DNA from: Methanocaldococcus jannaschii DSM 2661
GTDB lineage: Archaea > AGJL01 > Methanococci > Methanococcales > Methanocaldococcaceae
Direction: 5' to 3'
DNA: 32,000 nt
Assembly: GCF_000091665.1 (NCBI RefSeq)
Contig: NC_000909.1
Location: forward strand, 653,581 to 685,580
In this document: positions 16,227-26,034 of the stretch, in pieces
How positions within the stretch are numbered: position 1 is the stretch's first letter
How the letters are laid out: every line of letters begins with the position of its first letter
Notes under the pieces: model-generated
Database searches by the model: none
What the model saw: the letters and a program-made list of their open reading frames with translations, nothing else
What the model was told of the DNA's origin: nothing
Translations under genes and position numbers: made by a program

Positions 16227-16354
16227 TTTTTCACCTTTTTATCGTTTAAGTTCTTTATAAGTTATTTTTTGAGTGGTTTTACTACCTAATTCATATATTA
16301 TATTTTTGATTTTAGATAGTATATATAACTTTCTAAATTTTTTAAATAGAAATT

Positions 16355-17287
<933 letters not shown>

Positions 17288-17872
17288 TTATTCTGACATG
17301 TCTTTCCATTCCACTGGTTTTAATTGCATTGTTTCTGTGCAGATTCCAACCATATCACAAAATCTTAGGTCTTTCATAATCCCTCTAACCACTTCTAAGG
17401 CATCAGGATACTTGTGAGTTGTTGGAGGAATTTCAGTTAAACCGATTTCTTTTCTTGCTTTTTTTATTTGGTCATTGATTGGAACAGCATGTCCTGTTTT
17501 AAAAACATATAAGGCAGTTTTTTTATGCGCCTCAGCCATTTTTCCTTCTCTTGCAGCGATATTTCTTAAAACTTTTATTATATCAGTTATCTTAACTGTT
17601 CTTGGACATCTTTCATAACATTCATAGCAGGTTGTGCACATCCACAGGTCTTCACTGTCTATTATTGCGGATTTCATTCCAAATTGAGCGTATCTTATTA
17701 ATTTTCTTGTTCTAAAAGCAGTTATTCTTCCGCTTGGACAGCTCCCAGTGCAGGTTCCACATTGATAGCATGCTTTAAAAGAGGAAACATGTCCTTCTCC
17801 AAGAATTTCCCCTGTCTTTATAATTTCTTTAATAAAATCGTTGCTAATATCTTTTTGAGCGTAGATCACCAT
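17288..17872 (-). CDS. hdrC: Heterodisulfide reductase subunit C-like protein (2x[4Fe-4S])
   Basis: [12 protein letters not shown] and [12 protein letters not shown] motifs. AGGTGAATTAAA precedes the ATG. Confidence 0.85.
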
Positions 17873-17988
17873 TTTAATTCACCTGATCAATTAGTCAGTT
17901 GGGACTATTTTTGTCATTTTTATGTTTTTATTTGAAACTATATATCGTTTTCCATTATACTTTATTACAATATTTTAAATGTAAAGTT

Positions 17989-17997
17989 CGATAATCG
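17989..17997. promoter_or_regulatory. CGATAATCG palindrome upstream of the hdrC-like operon
   Basis: Perfect CGA-W3-TCG. The flanking AAAGTTCGATAATCGCATTGT resembles AAAGACGATTATCGTATTTGT at 15373-15393. Confidence 0.5.
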
Positions 17998-18090
17998 CAT
18001 TGTAGTATTTAAGTAAAATAATAAAATGGGAATTGAAAAAGAAATAATGAGAAAAAGATATTTCCTCCGAAAATAGAAAGAAAATTTTGT

Positions 18091-18627
18091 TTATTTTACC
18101 ACTTCAACTTTAAAATAGCAAGCATCATCTCCCCTTGCCATGCATTTTATTTCATCAACAACAACTGGCTTTTTTAATATGCATTCGTAAGCTCCTGCTA
18201 TTAATCCAGCATCAAAATAACAGATTGGCTCTTCAAAACTTAGATCTTCGCAAAAAGAACAGTTCTCAACTTTTAAAACCAGTGGTTTTCTGCTATCCAC
18301 TTTTAGAGTTCCTAAGTTATTTTCTTTGAAAAATTTTTTTAAATCGCTGTATCTTTTTGGATTTAGGTGTTTCCCAAATTCATAACCAATATCATATAAG
18401 GTTATCTCGCTGTCTAATTCTTTGATCTTTTTCATCATTATCAGAACAATAGCTTTAAATAAATCTAATGGAATTAATTTTTTCTTTGTAGTACTGTTTT
18501 TATATTTTTTCTTTAAATAATTTACTGTTTCATTTATTAATTTACTGTCATCGGTTATTATAAATTCACTTTCACTGAATATTTTATAAAATTCCTTCAT
18601 ATCTTTTGTTTTAAGCTCAACTCGCAT
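18091..18627 (-). CDS. V4R-domain protein (paralog 2)
   Basis: YDIGYEFGK...CSFCEDLSFEEPICYFDAGLIAGAYE...CMARGDDACYF. The likely start is the ATG at 18627 after GGTGAAAAAT. Confidence 0.6.
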   Translation of the reverse strand: MRVELKTKDMKEFYKIFSESEFIITDDSKLINETVNYLKKKYKNSTTKKKLIPLDLFKAIVLIMMKKIKELDSEITLYDIGYEFGKHLNPKRYSDLKKFFKENNLGTLKVDSRKPLVLKVENCSFCEDLSFEEPICYFDAGLIAGAYECILKKPVVVDEIKCMARGDDACYFKVEVVK

Positions 18628-18841
18628 ATTTTTCACCTTTTTATGGCAAATAACAGTTTAAACATTAATCAAACATCATAAATATTAAGTATGTTGAACA
18701 ATAAATAAAACAAATTAAAAAATTAGTAAATATAAAGTGATAAAACATATAATAATATTATAATACCCAGAATATCAATTTGTTTGCAATATTCAATACA
18801 GAATTAAAAAATAAAAATTAAATAAAAATTTTTAATTAAAT

Positions 18842-19267
18842 TTATTTGAAGTATCTGTCTAAGATTCCTTTTAACATCTTTGCGTGTCTTGCTTCATCCC
18901 TACTTGATTCATCAAAGAAGTCATGAGCTGGGTCTATACCCAATTCTTTTGCCTTTGTTGCAGCAGCTTTTTTCTCTTTGTTTGCCATACATTCTCCTTT
19001 TAACATCATTTCAATGTTTTCTTTTAAGTTTTCTGAAATTAAACCGTTCATTTCAGCAAAGTGTGCAGCGTGTTGAGCCTCTTCCATAGCAATTCTTATT
19101 AAAACTTCAGCAACCTCTGGTAACCCCTCCCTCTGAGCTTGTCTTGCCATAGCTAAGTATAATCCAACCTCTTTGCACTCTCCTTCAAAATTTGCTTGAA
19201 CTTCTTTTTCTAACTCTGTTCCTTTTGTTACTCCTATCTTGTGTTCATTTATTAAGTCCAACTCCAT
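18842..19267 (-). CDS. Rubrerythrin-like ferritin-domain protein without a rubredoxin domain
   Basis: Contains diiron ExxH motifs ([17 protein letters not shown]) and EGECKE / KGECMA. GGTGAAAGC precedes the ATG. Confidence 0.75.
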   Translation of the reverse strand: MELDLINEHKIGVTKGTELEKEVQANFEGECKEVGLYLAMARQAQREGLPEVAEVLIRIAMEEAQHAAHFAEMNGLISENLKENIEMMLKGECMANKEKKAAATKAKELGIDPAHDFFDESSRDEARHAKMLKGILDRYFK

Positions 19268-19338
19268 GCTTTCACCTTTTTAACTTTTTAATTATTACAT
19301 TATAAAATAAACAATCACGATTATATAATATTAATGGT

Positions 19339-19349
19339 TCGAAATTCGA
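19339..19349. promoter_or_regulatory. Perfect palindrome TCGAAATTCGA, 4 bp from ATTAAT/TATA upstream of the rubrerythrin-like gene
   Basis: TTATATAATATTAAT-GGTT-CGAAATTCG has the same spacing as at 15337-15355, 19926-19944 and 3144-3162. Confidence 0.55.
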
Positions 19350-19376
19350 TACATTTGTGATGAATTAATTCAAAAT

Positions 19377-19820
19377 TTAATCAATTTTAACTGCTTCATC
19401 CTCGATAACAATACCTTTCTCTTTAAACCACTCTCCGTATTTTTTATCTGGTTTTGCTATGTGCATTGTGAGCCATCCCACTAAGAAAGATAGAGCACTC
19501 CTAAAATCATTTTCTGATCCTTCTTCGATCTTTGGAAGTAACTTTTCTATAACTGTTTTAACAAAAATCTCATGAGTTTTTCTATGCCTTTCTAAGTCTG
19601 GATAACCATATTTCTCCATAACTTCCTCTTCATGCTTAAAATGCTTTGCAGCATAATTAACAACCCTTCTCTTTAAAAGTTCTTTTGCTTCGTCTCTTTT
19701 TCCTTCGTTTAGTAGGTTGTAAATATCGTTAAGTGTTTTAACCAAAATTTTATGCTCATCATCAAATGCTTTAATTCCCGTTTCAAAATCTTTACTCCAT
19801 TTGATTATCTCTTTTTTCAT
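19377..19820 (-). CDS. Hemerythrin-like protein
   Basis: Contains [34 protein letters not shown] and [13 protein letters not shown] ligand motifs. The likely start is the ATG at 19820 after GGTGAGATT. The track's longer N-terminus is probably spurious. Confidence 0.85.
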
Positions 19821-19935
19821 AATCTCACCACACATAAAATAAATTTTAAGTAAATATTTTGAACTAAGATTTTTAATAAGGCTCACAAACCATTCAAATA
19901 AATTTATGCTATTACGGTATATATTATTAATTATA

Positions 19936-19944
19936 CGAATTTCG
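19936..19944. promoter_or_regulatory. Perfect palindrome CGAATTTCG, 4 bp from ATTAAT/TATA upstream of the hemerythrin gene
   Basis: GGTATATATTATTAAT-TATA-CGAATTTCG. About 25 of 34 positions are identical to the rubredoxin promoter block at 15327-15360. Confidence 0.55.
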
Positions 19945-20103
19945 ACATATATTTAATTAATAACTAAAATTTTTGCCAATATCGATATTTTATTACTCAT
20001 ATCTTCTAATTTTTCTTATATATATATTACTTATCCTAATACTATTAATTTACATATACAAATATATTCTTAAAAAAATAAAAAAGTAAAAAAAGGATTA
20101 AAT

Positions 20104-21354
20104 TCATTCAATCTTCATCTCTTTAATTCTCTTAGCCAATTCTTTACCCATATTGTAGCAGTTTGTTAATTCATCCTCTGTTGGGACATAGTAGAGTTCA
20201 TATTGATTAATAACTTCAAATCCACATTTCGCCAAGTCTTCAGCAATCTTAGCAACTGCTCCACCTTCTCCCCCCATTGAACCAAAAGTAACCGCCAATC
20301 TCTTAAATCCTGTTCTGTTAAATTTCAATCCTCTCAAGTAGTATATGATATCTCCAATTGATGGATATGGCTCATCATAGATTGTTGGAATTCCAAAGAG
20401 AACTGCCTTAGCATCTAAGATGTCTTTAACAATCTCACTTCTCTCATCGTAGTGTAAGAAATACATTACAACATCAATTCCCTCACTCATTAAACCCTCT
20501 GCAAATGCATGAGCCATCTTTTGTGTTGAGTAGTGCATAGTATCATAAACGATAACTGCCTTATCCTTAGCTGCTTTACCAGTAGCAAAGTCTTGATATG
20601 CCTTAATAACTTTCATTGGGTCTGTCCATATCTGCCCGTGTGATGGGGCAATCATTTTTATCTTTTCTAATAATCCCAACTGAATAACTTCCTCAAATTT
20701 CTTTAATACAAGCTTTGACAGTGGAGTAATTAAATTAGCATAAAACTTCTGGTTTGCATCCATTAACACATACTCTGGAATATCTTTATCAAATCTCTTG
20801 TGTGCTGGGAAGCAGAGATGCTGTCCAAATGCATCGTTTGAGAATAAAATTCCCCCTTCGTTGTAGAAGGTAAACATACTATCTGGCCAGTGTAATAGAG
20901 GAGCTTCTAAGAATGTTAATGTCTTTCCTCCTAAATCAACTGTATCTCCTGTATGAACAACCTTAAATTGAGCGTCTTTTAATGATGGATAGTGCTTTTT
21001 AAGTCCCTCAACAGCTACCTCAGTACAGTATATTGGTGCATCTGGGAATTTTTTGTGTATTTCAGGGAGAGCTCCACTGTGGTCTTTTTCTACGTGGTTT
21101 TGAACGATTACATCAATTTTAAATTCCCTCCCCTCTTTTTCAAATGCATCTTTTATCCTCCCCCACATTTGAGCGGAGGTTCCTGGGTATGTGTTGTCTA
21201 TTAAAGCAACTTTTTCATCTCCAAAGACTAAATAGGCATTGTATGTTGTTCCTTTTAATGTGTAGCCGTGATACATTCTTATGTCCCAGTCTAAAACCCC
21301 CACCCAATATACACCATCAGCTATTTTGCTGCGTCTGCTTTCATATTTTTTCAC
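20104..21354 (-). CDS. fprA: Flavodiiron protein (FprA-type), second copy
   Basis: Contains [21 protein letters not shown] and a flavodoxin domain. There is no in-frame ATG near the N-terminus. The only start candidate is a GTG at 21354, which lies inside AAAGGTGAAAAA. Confidence 0.8.
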   Translation of the reverse strand: MKKYESRRSKIADGVYWVGVLDWDIRMYHGYTLKGTTYNAYLVFGDEKVALIDNTYPGTSAQMWGRIKDAFEKEGREFKIDVIVQNHVEKDHSGALPEIHKKFPDAPIYCTEVAVEGLKKHYPSLKDAQFKVVHTGDTVDLGGKTLTFLEAPLLHWPDSMFTFYNEGGILFSNDAFGQHLCFPAHKRFDKDIPEYVLMDANQKFYANLITPLSKLVLKKFEEVIQLGLLEKIKMIAPSHGQIWTDPMKVIKAYQDFATGKAAKDKAVIVYDTMHYSTQKMAHAFAEGLMSEGIDVVMYFLHYDERSEIVKDILDAKAVLFGIPTIYDEPYPSIGDIIYYLRGLKFNRTGFKRLAVTFGSMGGEGGAVAKIAEDLAKCGFEVINQYELYYVPTEDELTNCYNMGKELAKRIKEMKIE

Positions 21355-21435
21355 CTTTAATTATATTTGTAGTTATTAGTTATTTTATTATCAGTTATTT
21401 ATTTTATTGTGTAAGTAGTATAAGAACTTAACTAT

Positions 21436-21446
21436 TCGAATTTCAA
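21436..21446. promoter_or_regulatory. Near-palindrome TCGAATTTCAA upstream of fprA copy 2
   Basis: One mismatch from TCGAATTTCGA. It lies between a TATTTAAATA box (21453-21462) and the gene. Confidence 0.35.
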
Positions 21447-21566
21447 CATATCTATTTAAATACCTCTGCTAAATTTGAAAATACTATTTCACAATATAAA
21501 TAAAATTTACTTAAAGATTTATATAAATTGTTTTAATTTTATTTTTCAAATATGTGTATATTGGAA

Positions 21567-22250
21567 TTATTCTTTTTTAGTATTTTTAGTAAAAGCTGAA
21601 AAAGATAATGCTCCTTTTTTACATACACTCATGCATTCAAAACATCTTATACACTCCATCTGGTCTATTTTTTCTGTTATTTTTATCTGCATTGGACATT
21701 TTCTTTCACACAATCTACAACCTACACATTTATTTTCATCAAGTTTCAGTTTAAAGATTGAGAATCTCGCAAATATACTCAACAAAGACCCCACTGGACA
21801 AACATATCTGCAGAAGAACATTGGATAAATAAATCCTAAAACTAAAAATAAAGCCAACAGCAGATATGCCAATGTATATCCAGAGATTTTAACTCCAGAT
21901 AGGTATGCTAAAACCACTAAAATTAGCACAACATACTTAAAATAAATTAATTTATTGTGAATTTTCTCATCAACTGTTGGTAGTTTTTTTAATTTAAAGA
22001 GTTTTACCCTCAACTCATAAACTAAATTAAATAAAAATCCAAATGGACACATCCATCCACAAAAAACCCTTCCAGCAATAAACGCCAATACTATAGCGAT
22101 GATTTTTGTTATTATAGTAGCTAATATCCTATCTCCTATAATAAATCTCTTAATAAATCCTACAATACTCAAATAAAAACCAGTAACTATTAAAGCTCTC
22201 ACAAAAAATAATGTTTGAGATATTTTCCTCAATATTTGTATTTTATTCAT
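21567..22250 (-). CDS. Integral-membrane polyferredoxin-like protein (NapH/MauN-type), paralog A
   Basis: Several hydrophobic segments, with the motifs FCGWMCPFG, FCRYVCPVG, CVGCRLCERKCP and CIRCFECMSVC. The likely start is the ATG at 22250 (MNKIQILRKISQ), based on alignment with paralog B and GGTGAATCTT upstream. Confidence 0.7.
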   Translation of the reverse strand: MNKIQILRKISQTLFFVRALIVTGFYLSIVGFIKRFIIGDRILATIITKIIAIVLAFIAGRVFCGWMCPFGFLFNLVYELRVKLFKLKKLPTVDEKIHNKLIYFKYVVLILVVLAYLSGVKISGYTLAYLLLALFLVLGFIYPMFFCRYVCPVGSLLSIFARFSIFKLKLDENKCVGCRLCERKCPMQIKITEKIDQMECIRCFECMSVCKKGALSFSAFTKNTKKE

Positions 22251-22412
22251 AAGATTCACCATAAAACCCCAATTATCAAACTTTATAATATAAACTCTGG
22301 AATCCAAAATATAAAAAGATTTTTAGCCAGATATTTTAAAAATAGGAGGATAAAAATTAGATAAATCTAATAAAAAATTTGTATAATTGTTAATAAAAAA
22401 TAGAAGTTTTTA

Positions 22413-23129
22413 TTAACTTCTCTTTTTGAATGCATAAGAAAAGGACAAGGCATCTTTTTTACAGCTACTTTTACATTCAAAGCATCTTATACATTCCTTT
22501 TGGTCAAGTTTTTCAGTTATTTTTATTTGCATTGGACATTTAAACTCACAAAGTTTGCATTTAACACAGTTGTTATTGGTTTTTAATTGAAAGAATGGTT
22601 TTATTGAAAATATTGATAAAAACGCTCCTAAAGGGCAGAAATATCTACAAAATGCCATCGGAACAAAGAAGGATAGGCTTAAAAAGAAAATCAATATTAT
22701 AAGGGATATAACTGTTCCGTAAAGATTCGTTAAAAATCCAATTGGACAGACTTGACAGAATGCATAGATTGAAAGATAGTAAGTTAAAACTAAAGACAGA
22801 ATTAAAACAACATATCTTAAATATATCAGCTTGTTATGAACTTCCTCATTAACTGTTGGTAATTTCTTTTTCATAAATAACTTCATCCTTAATTTATACA
22901 TTAGCTCAAATAAAAATCCTAATGGGCACATCCATCCGCAAAAAACCCTTCCCAATATTAAAGTTAAAACAACAATAACAACCAACTTAGCTATCAACTG
23001 TCCAACACTTCCCTTTAAAATAAACTTCTCAATTATCCCAAAAAAACATAAACAAAAACTTGTCAAAAATACAAAATAAATAAAAAATAATGTTTGAGAG
23101 ATTTTCCTCAATATTTGGATTTTATCCAT
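22413..23129 (-). CDS. Integral-membrane polyferredoxin-like protein (NapH/MauN-type), paralog B
   Basis: MDKIQILRKISQTLFF..., with FCGWMCPLG, FCRYFCPLG, CVKCKLCEFKCP and CIRCFECKSSC. It is a tandem duplicate of the upstream gene. Confidence 0.7.
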   Translation of the reverse strand: MDKIQILRKISQTLFFIYFVFLTSFCLCFFGIIEKFILKGSVGQLIAKLVVIVVLTLILGRVFCGWMCPLGFLFELMYKLRMKLFMKKKLPTVNEEVHNKLIYLRYVVLILSLVLTYYLSIYAFCQVCPIGFLTNLYGTVISLIILIFFLSLSFFVPMAFCRYFCPLGAFLSIFSIKPFFQLKTNNNCVKCKLCEFKCPMQIKITEKLDQKECIRCFECKSSCKKDALSFSYAFKKRS

Positions 23130-23134
23130 TTACA

Positions 23135-23300
23135 ACCACCGTCCTCCACTATGTAGGTGTTTATAGATTTTAAGTAATCTCTTGTATTGGTTCTCCCGTT
23201 CTGTCCTCTTTTAATAAGAGGACTTCATCAGGGAGCGTTCGGGGGAACGGAAACTCCCCACATCCTGACTTTTCTTAAATAAATTAAATGTAGCAACAAC
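23135..23300 (-). ncRNA. Candidate TnpB-associated omega/right-end RNA overlapping the tnpB 3' end
   Basis: This is a locally GC-rich stretch with stacked hairpins: GGGGA/TCCCC, CGTTC/GAACG and GTCCTCTT/AAGAGGAC. There is also possible long-range CCGTTC/GAACGG pairing. The position matches the known omega RNA architecture. Confidence 0.4.
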
Positions 23301-24361
23301 ATCCCTATCAAATACTAAATTACAATTATTGCATTTTAACAACCTCTGCCCATTCGGGTCTAATTTACACCCACATATTGGGCAGAGTTTGGACGTTCTT
23401 GAGGGATTTACATATTCAACATCTAAACCATCCCACTTTGCCTTGTACTCAATAAAAAATTGGAGTTTGGAAAAATTCCATCTGTTTAATCTTCTCCTAA
23501 AATTTTTTGATTTTTTATTAACTGCCTCCCTGATATTTGTTAAATCCTCCATTAGTATCTTTACATTGTATTTTAATGCCTCTGAAATCAGAAACTTTGA
23601 AATTTTGTGTAAGTAATCCTCAACTTTTCTTTTTTCCCTTCCAGAATATTTTTCCATGAGAGTTTTTAACTTCATTGGTTTATTGGAAAGCTTCTTTTGT
23701 ATTTTCTCCCTCTTTTTTGAGAAATTCTCATGAATTCTCTTTAACTTATACACATCTAAACGGGTTGTCTTAATGACGTTTCCATCTTTATCAAAAATTG
23801 AGTATGTAATATTCTTTTCATTGATGTCAATTGTCATGATATGTTCAAAATTTTTAGGATTAACAACTTTTTTGAATGGGATTATAATAGAATCTTTCTT
23901 AATAATCACTTCTCCAATTTTGAAGTTTCCATTTTTCCACTCTTCAATAAATTTTTTCTGATAATCACTAACAACTAAATTTATAGTGATAAATTTTCTT
24001 GGTGCAGTGATAATTTTTATTTTATCCCCCTCGAATTTAAACAGCATTTCCTCAAGTTTTACAAAATCTTTCTTAACTTCTGGCTTATCCTTTTTTGTTA
24101 AACCTTTCCTCTTCCTCTTTCTAAAATTTTTTAAATTGATGTTGCTACTCTACAAGCAGAGTGACAGTAATGAGTATGATATTTTGGATACCATTTTTCC
24201 TTCCATTCATTATATATTGCCTTTCTTAATTTTGCGTAAGAAGTAATTCCCAGCTCCATTGCCTTATCAATGCAAAAATTAACCATTTCTTTAAAATCAT
24301 ATATTAACTCAACAACATCTGAATAATACTTAAATTCGATGGCTTTAATTACTTCCATCAT
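23211..24361 (-). pseudogene. tnpB: tnpB (RuvC-like RNA-guided nuclease family / OrfB), split into two ORFs by a 1-nt frame change near 24131-24137
   Basis: The N-terminal ORF 24131-24361 ends ...HYCHSACRVATSI-stop. The -1 frame continues NLKNFRKRKRKGLTKKDKPEVKKDFVKLEEMLFKFEG into ORF 23211-24047. The latter has the RuvC motifs TIDINEKN, LMEDLTNI and FDRDVVATFN, and the zinc ribbon CPICGCKL...CNNCN. Confidence 0.7.
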
Positions 24362-24561
24362 CCATCAACTCCTTTTTATAGTTTCTTTGAGTTTTTTCAC
24401 CTTATGACTTCTCATTCCATACGAAAGACAGATGGTTTGCTCCCAATGAACCCAGAGGGAGTTAAGGTTGATGATTCCCAAGTCCAACATGGAGTTATGC
24501 CTATAACGTCATGTTGGACAGACCCCTGTATTGAGCAGACTTAACTTATACTGATATACAG

Positions 24562-25185
24562 CTAAAATTTGAACAACAAATCTCTTAAATTTATTGTTGA
24601 GAATAAAAAGGATACTATCTTATCCAATATTGTATTTCCCACTTTTTCATTTCCACTGTTGTTGTTATTTAAATCTCTATTATTATCAATTGTATTGGTT
24701 GTATTTAGTTTAATCTTTCCCTCTTCAATCATACATTCAACAATAGCTTTTTTAATAACACTTGGAGGGATTCCATAAACTTCCTTAATCTCTCCAAAGG
24801 TTGTATCATCTGGAACATTAATATTCAACTTTTCCTTTAAACATTTTGGACTTATACCATATTTGTCACAAACCTGTTTTATTGTATAGGATTTTAACTC
24901 TTTACCTGAGATACCAACATACTCATTAATCAATTCCTCTGTTAATTCTAAACTACTCACATTACTGGTCTTTATCTCTTCCTCGTTGTTTGTTGTTTTT
25001 ATTGTTGTTGTGGGAGGGGGCTCACTATGGTCGCAAATTCCATTGTGGTTTGTATCAATGTATCTTCCACACTCCCCCGGATAGGTGCAATTTACCCTTC
25101 CATAAGGGCAGTCATTCCATGCAAAAGATAAGGATAAAATGGAAAAAAGCAGAAGAATTGCTACTATTTTATTTATAATTTTCAT
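24562..25185 (-). CDS. Secreted protein with an N-terminal Cys motif ([30 protein letters not shown]); function unknown
   Basis: Signal-peptide-like [22 protein letters not shown], followed by the Cys motif, a Thr/Asn-rich linker and a C-terminal hydrophobic end. The likely start is the ATG at 25185 after AGGTGAAGAAT. Confidence 0.6.
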
Positions 25186-25190
25186 ATTCT

Positions 25191-25748
25191 TCACCTATTC
25201 ATTCCCCTCTCCGTAGAACTGCTTATTATTTCTTCATATTCTTCCTTACTTATGTATTGAGGAGTATAATTAGAACCATAATTATTAAGCATTCTAACAA
25301 ATGCCCTCATGTGGTTTCTTGAACCTTTCATTAAATTTTCATAAACAAATTTTATATCCTCATTGTCTGTCTTGTTTATCCATTTTTCTAAATCAGCAAT
25401 ATCTAAATCTTCAATAGTAGCTCCAACTTTTAATGCATCAACTTCTGATTTATCACCTTTCTCAACTAACTTTTTATATAGTTCCTCAAATTTTGGGTTT
25501 GAAAATACTCCAATACTATCATTTTTAACTGGGTCTGGGATGTTGTATTTTTCTAAGAGATATTTAACTGCATCCATGTGTGTTTGCTCACTTTCAGCAA
25601 TGTTCTTAAATATCTGTAATTTCCATTTATTATATAGCGTTAAATAAACATCTCTCGCTAATTTCTCCTCTTCCCTCATCTCAATGAGTCCCTCTTTTTC
25701 CTCTTCACTTATTGGTTGTTTTGGTAATGAGCTTATATATTCAAGCAT
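25191..25748 (-). CDS. DUF2202-type ferritin-like domain protein
   Basis: [17 protein letters not shown]...[15 protein letters not shown] and a second half, EDLDIADL...[13 protein letters not shown], form a duplicated ferritin-like E...ExxH pattern. There is no obvious ribosome-binding site or signal peptide. Confidence 0.6.
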
Positions 25749-25759
25749 TAGTGAGTCGT

Positions 25760-25957
25760 TTATATCTCATTTGAATCAACAAATCTTCCTTTTCCCGCTC
25801 CATTTCCAAGCCCATTTCCAACTTGGGTATTTTGCTGATTATTTTGAGTAGTTTGAACATTTTGAGCTGTTTCTGTATTCTGATTTACACATCCAGAGAA
25901 TAAGACCAGTGAAGATATTACTAAAAATACTACCAATATCATCGCTATTTTTTTCAT
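25760..25957 (-). CDS. Small secreted / lipoprotein-like Q,N,G-rich protein
   Basis: MKKIAMILVVFLVISSLVLFSGC is a signal peptide with a lipobox-like SGC. It is followed by a QNxQ-rich stretch and GNGLGNGAGKG. The likely start is the ATG at 25957 after GGTGATAAAT. Confidence 0.5.
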   Translation of the reverse strand: MKKIAMILVVFLVISSLVLFSGCVNQNTETAQNVQTTQNNQQNTQVGNGLGNGAGKGRFVDSNEI

Positions 25958-26034
25958 ATTTATCACCTTTAATGGTTGAGACAATCACATACATAACCAT
26001 TTACAATAAAAAATAAAAAAATGAGATGAAATAT

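Larger units (their letters stand above)
23135..24545 (-). mobile_element. IS200/IS605-family element carrying only tnpB (IS1341-like); boundaries approximate
   Basis: A TnpB/OrfB coding region is flanked by GC-rich hairpin-containing ends. These are GTCCTCTT/AAGAGGAC at 23203-23223 and GTCCAACATG/CATGTTGGAC at 24482-24519. No tnpA is present in the window. Confidence 0.6.

Noticed and set aside
25746-25962. The possibility that the 65-aa signal-peptide ORF and the DUF2202 ORF are one secreted protein split by a frameshift
   Set aside because: The idea is attractive because DUF2202 lacks its own signal peptide and ribosome-binding site. However, the two frames differ, a TGA lies 7 codons upstream of the DUF2202 ATG in its own frame, and no homopolymer tract marks a slip site. 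It cannot be decided without orthologs, so the two are kept as separate genes.
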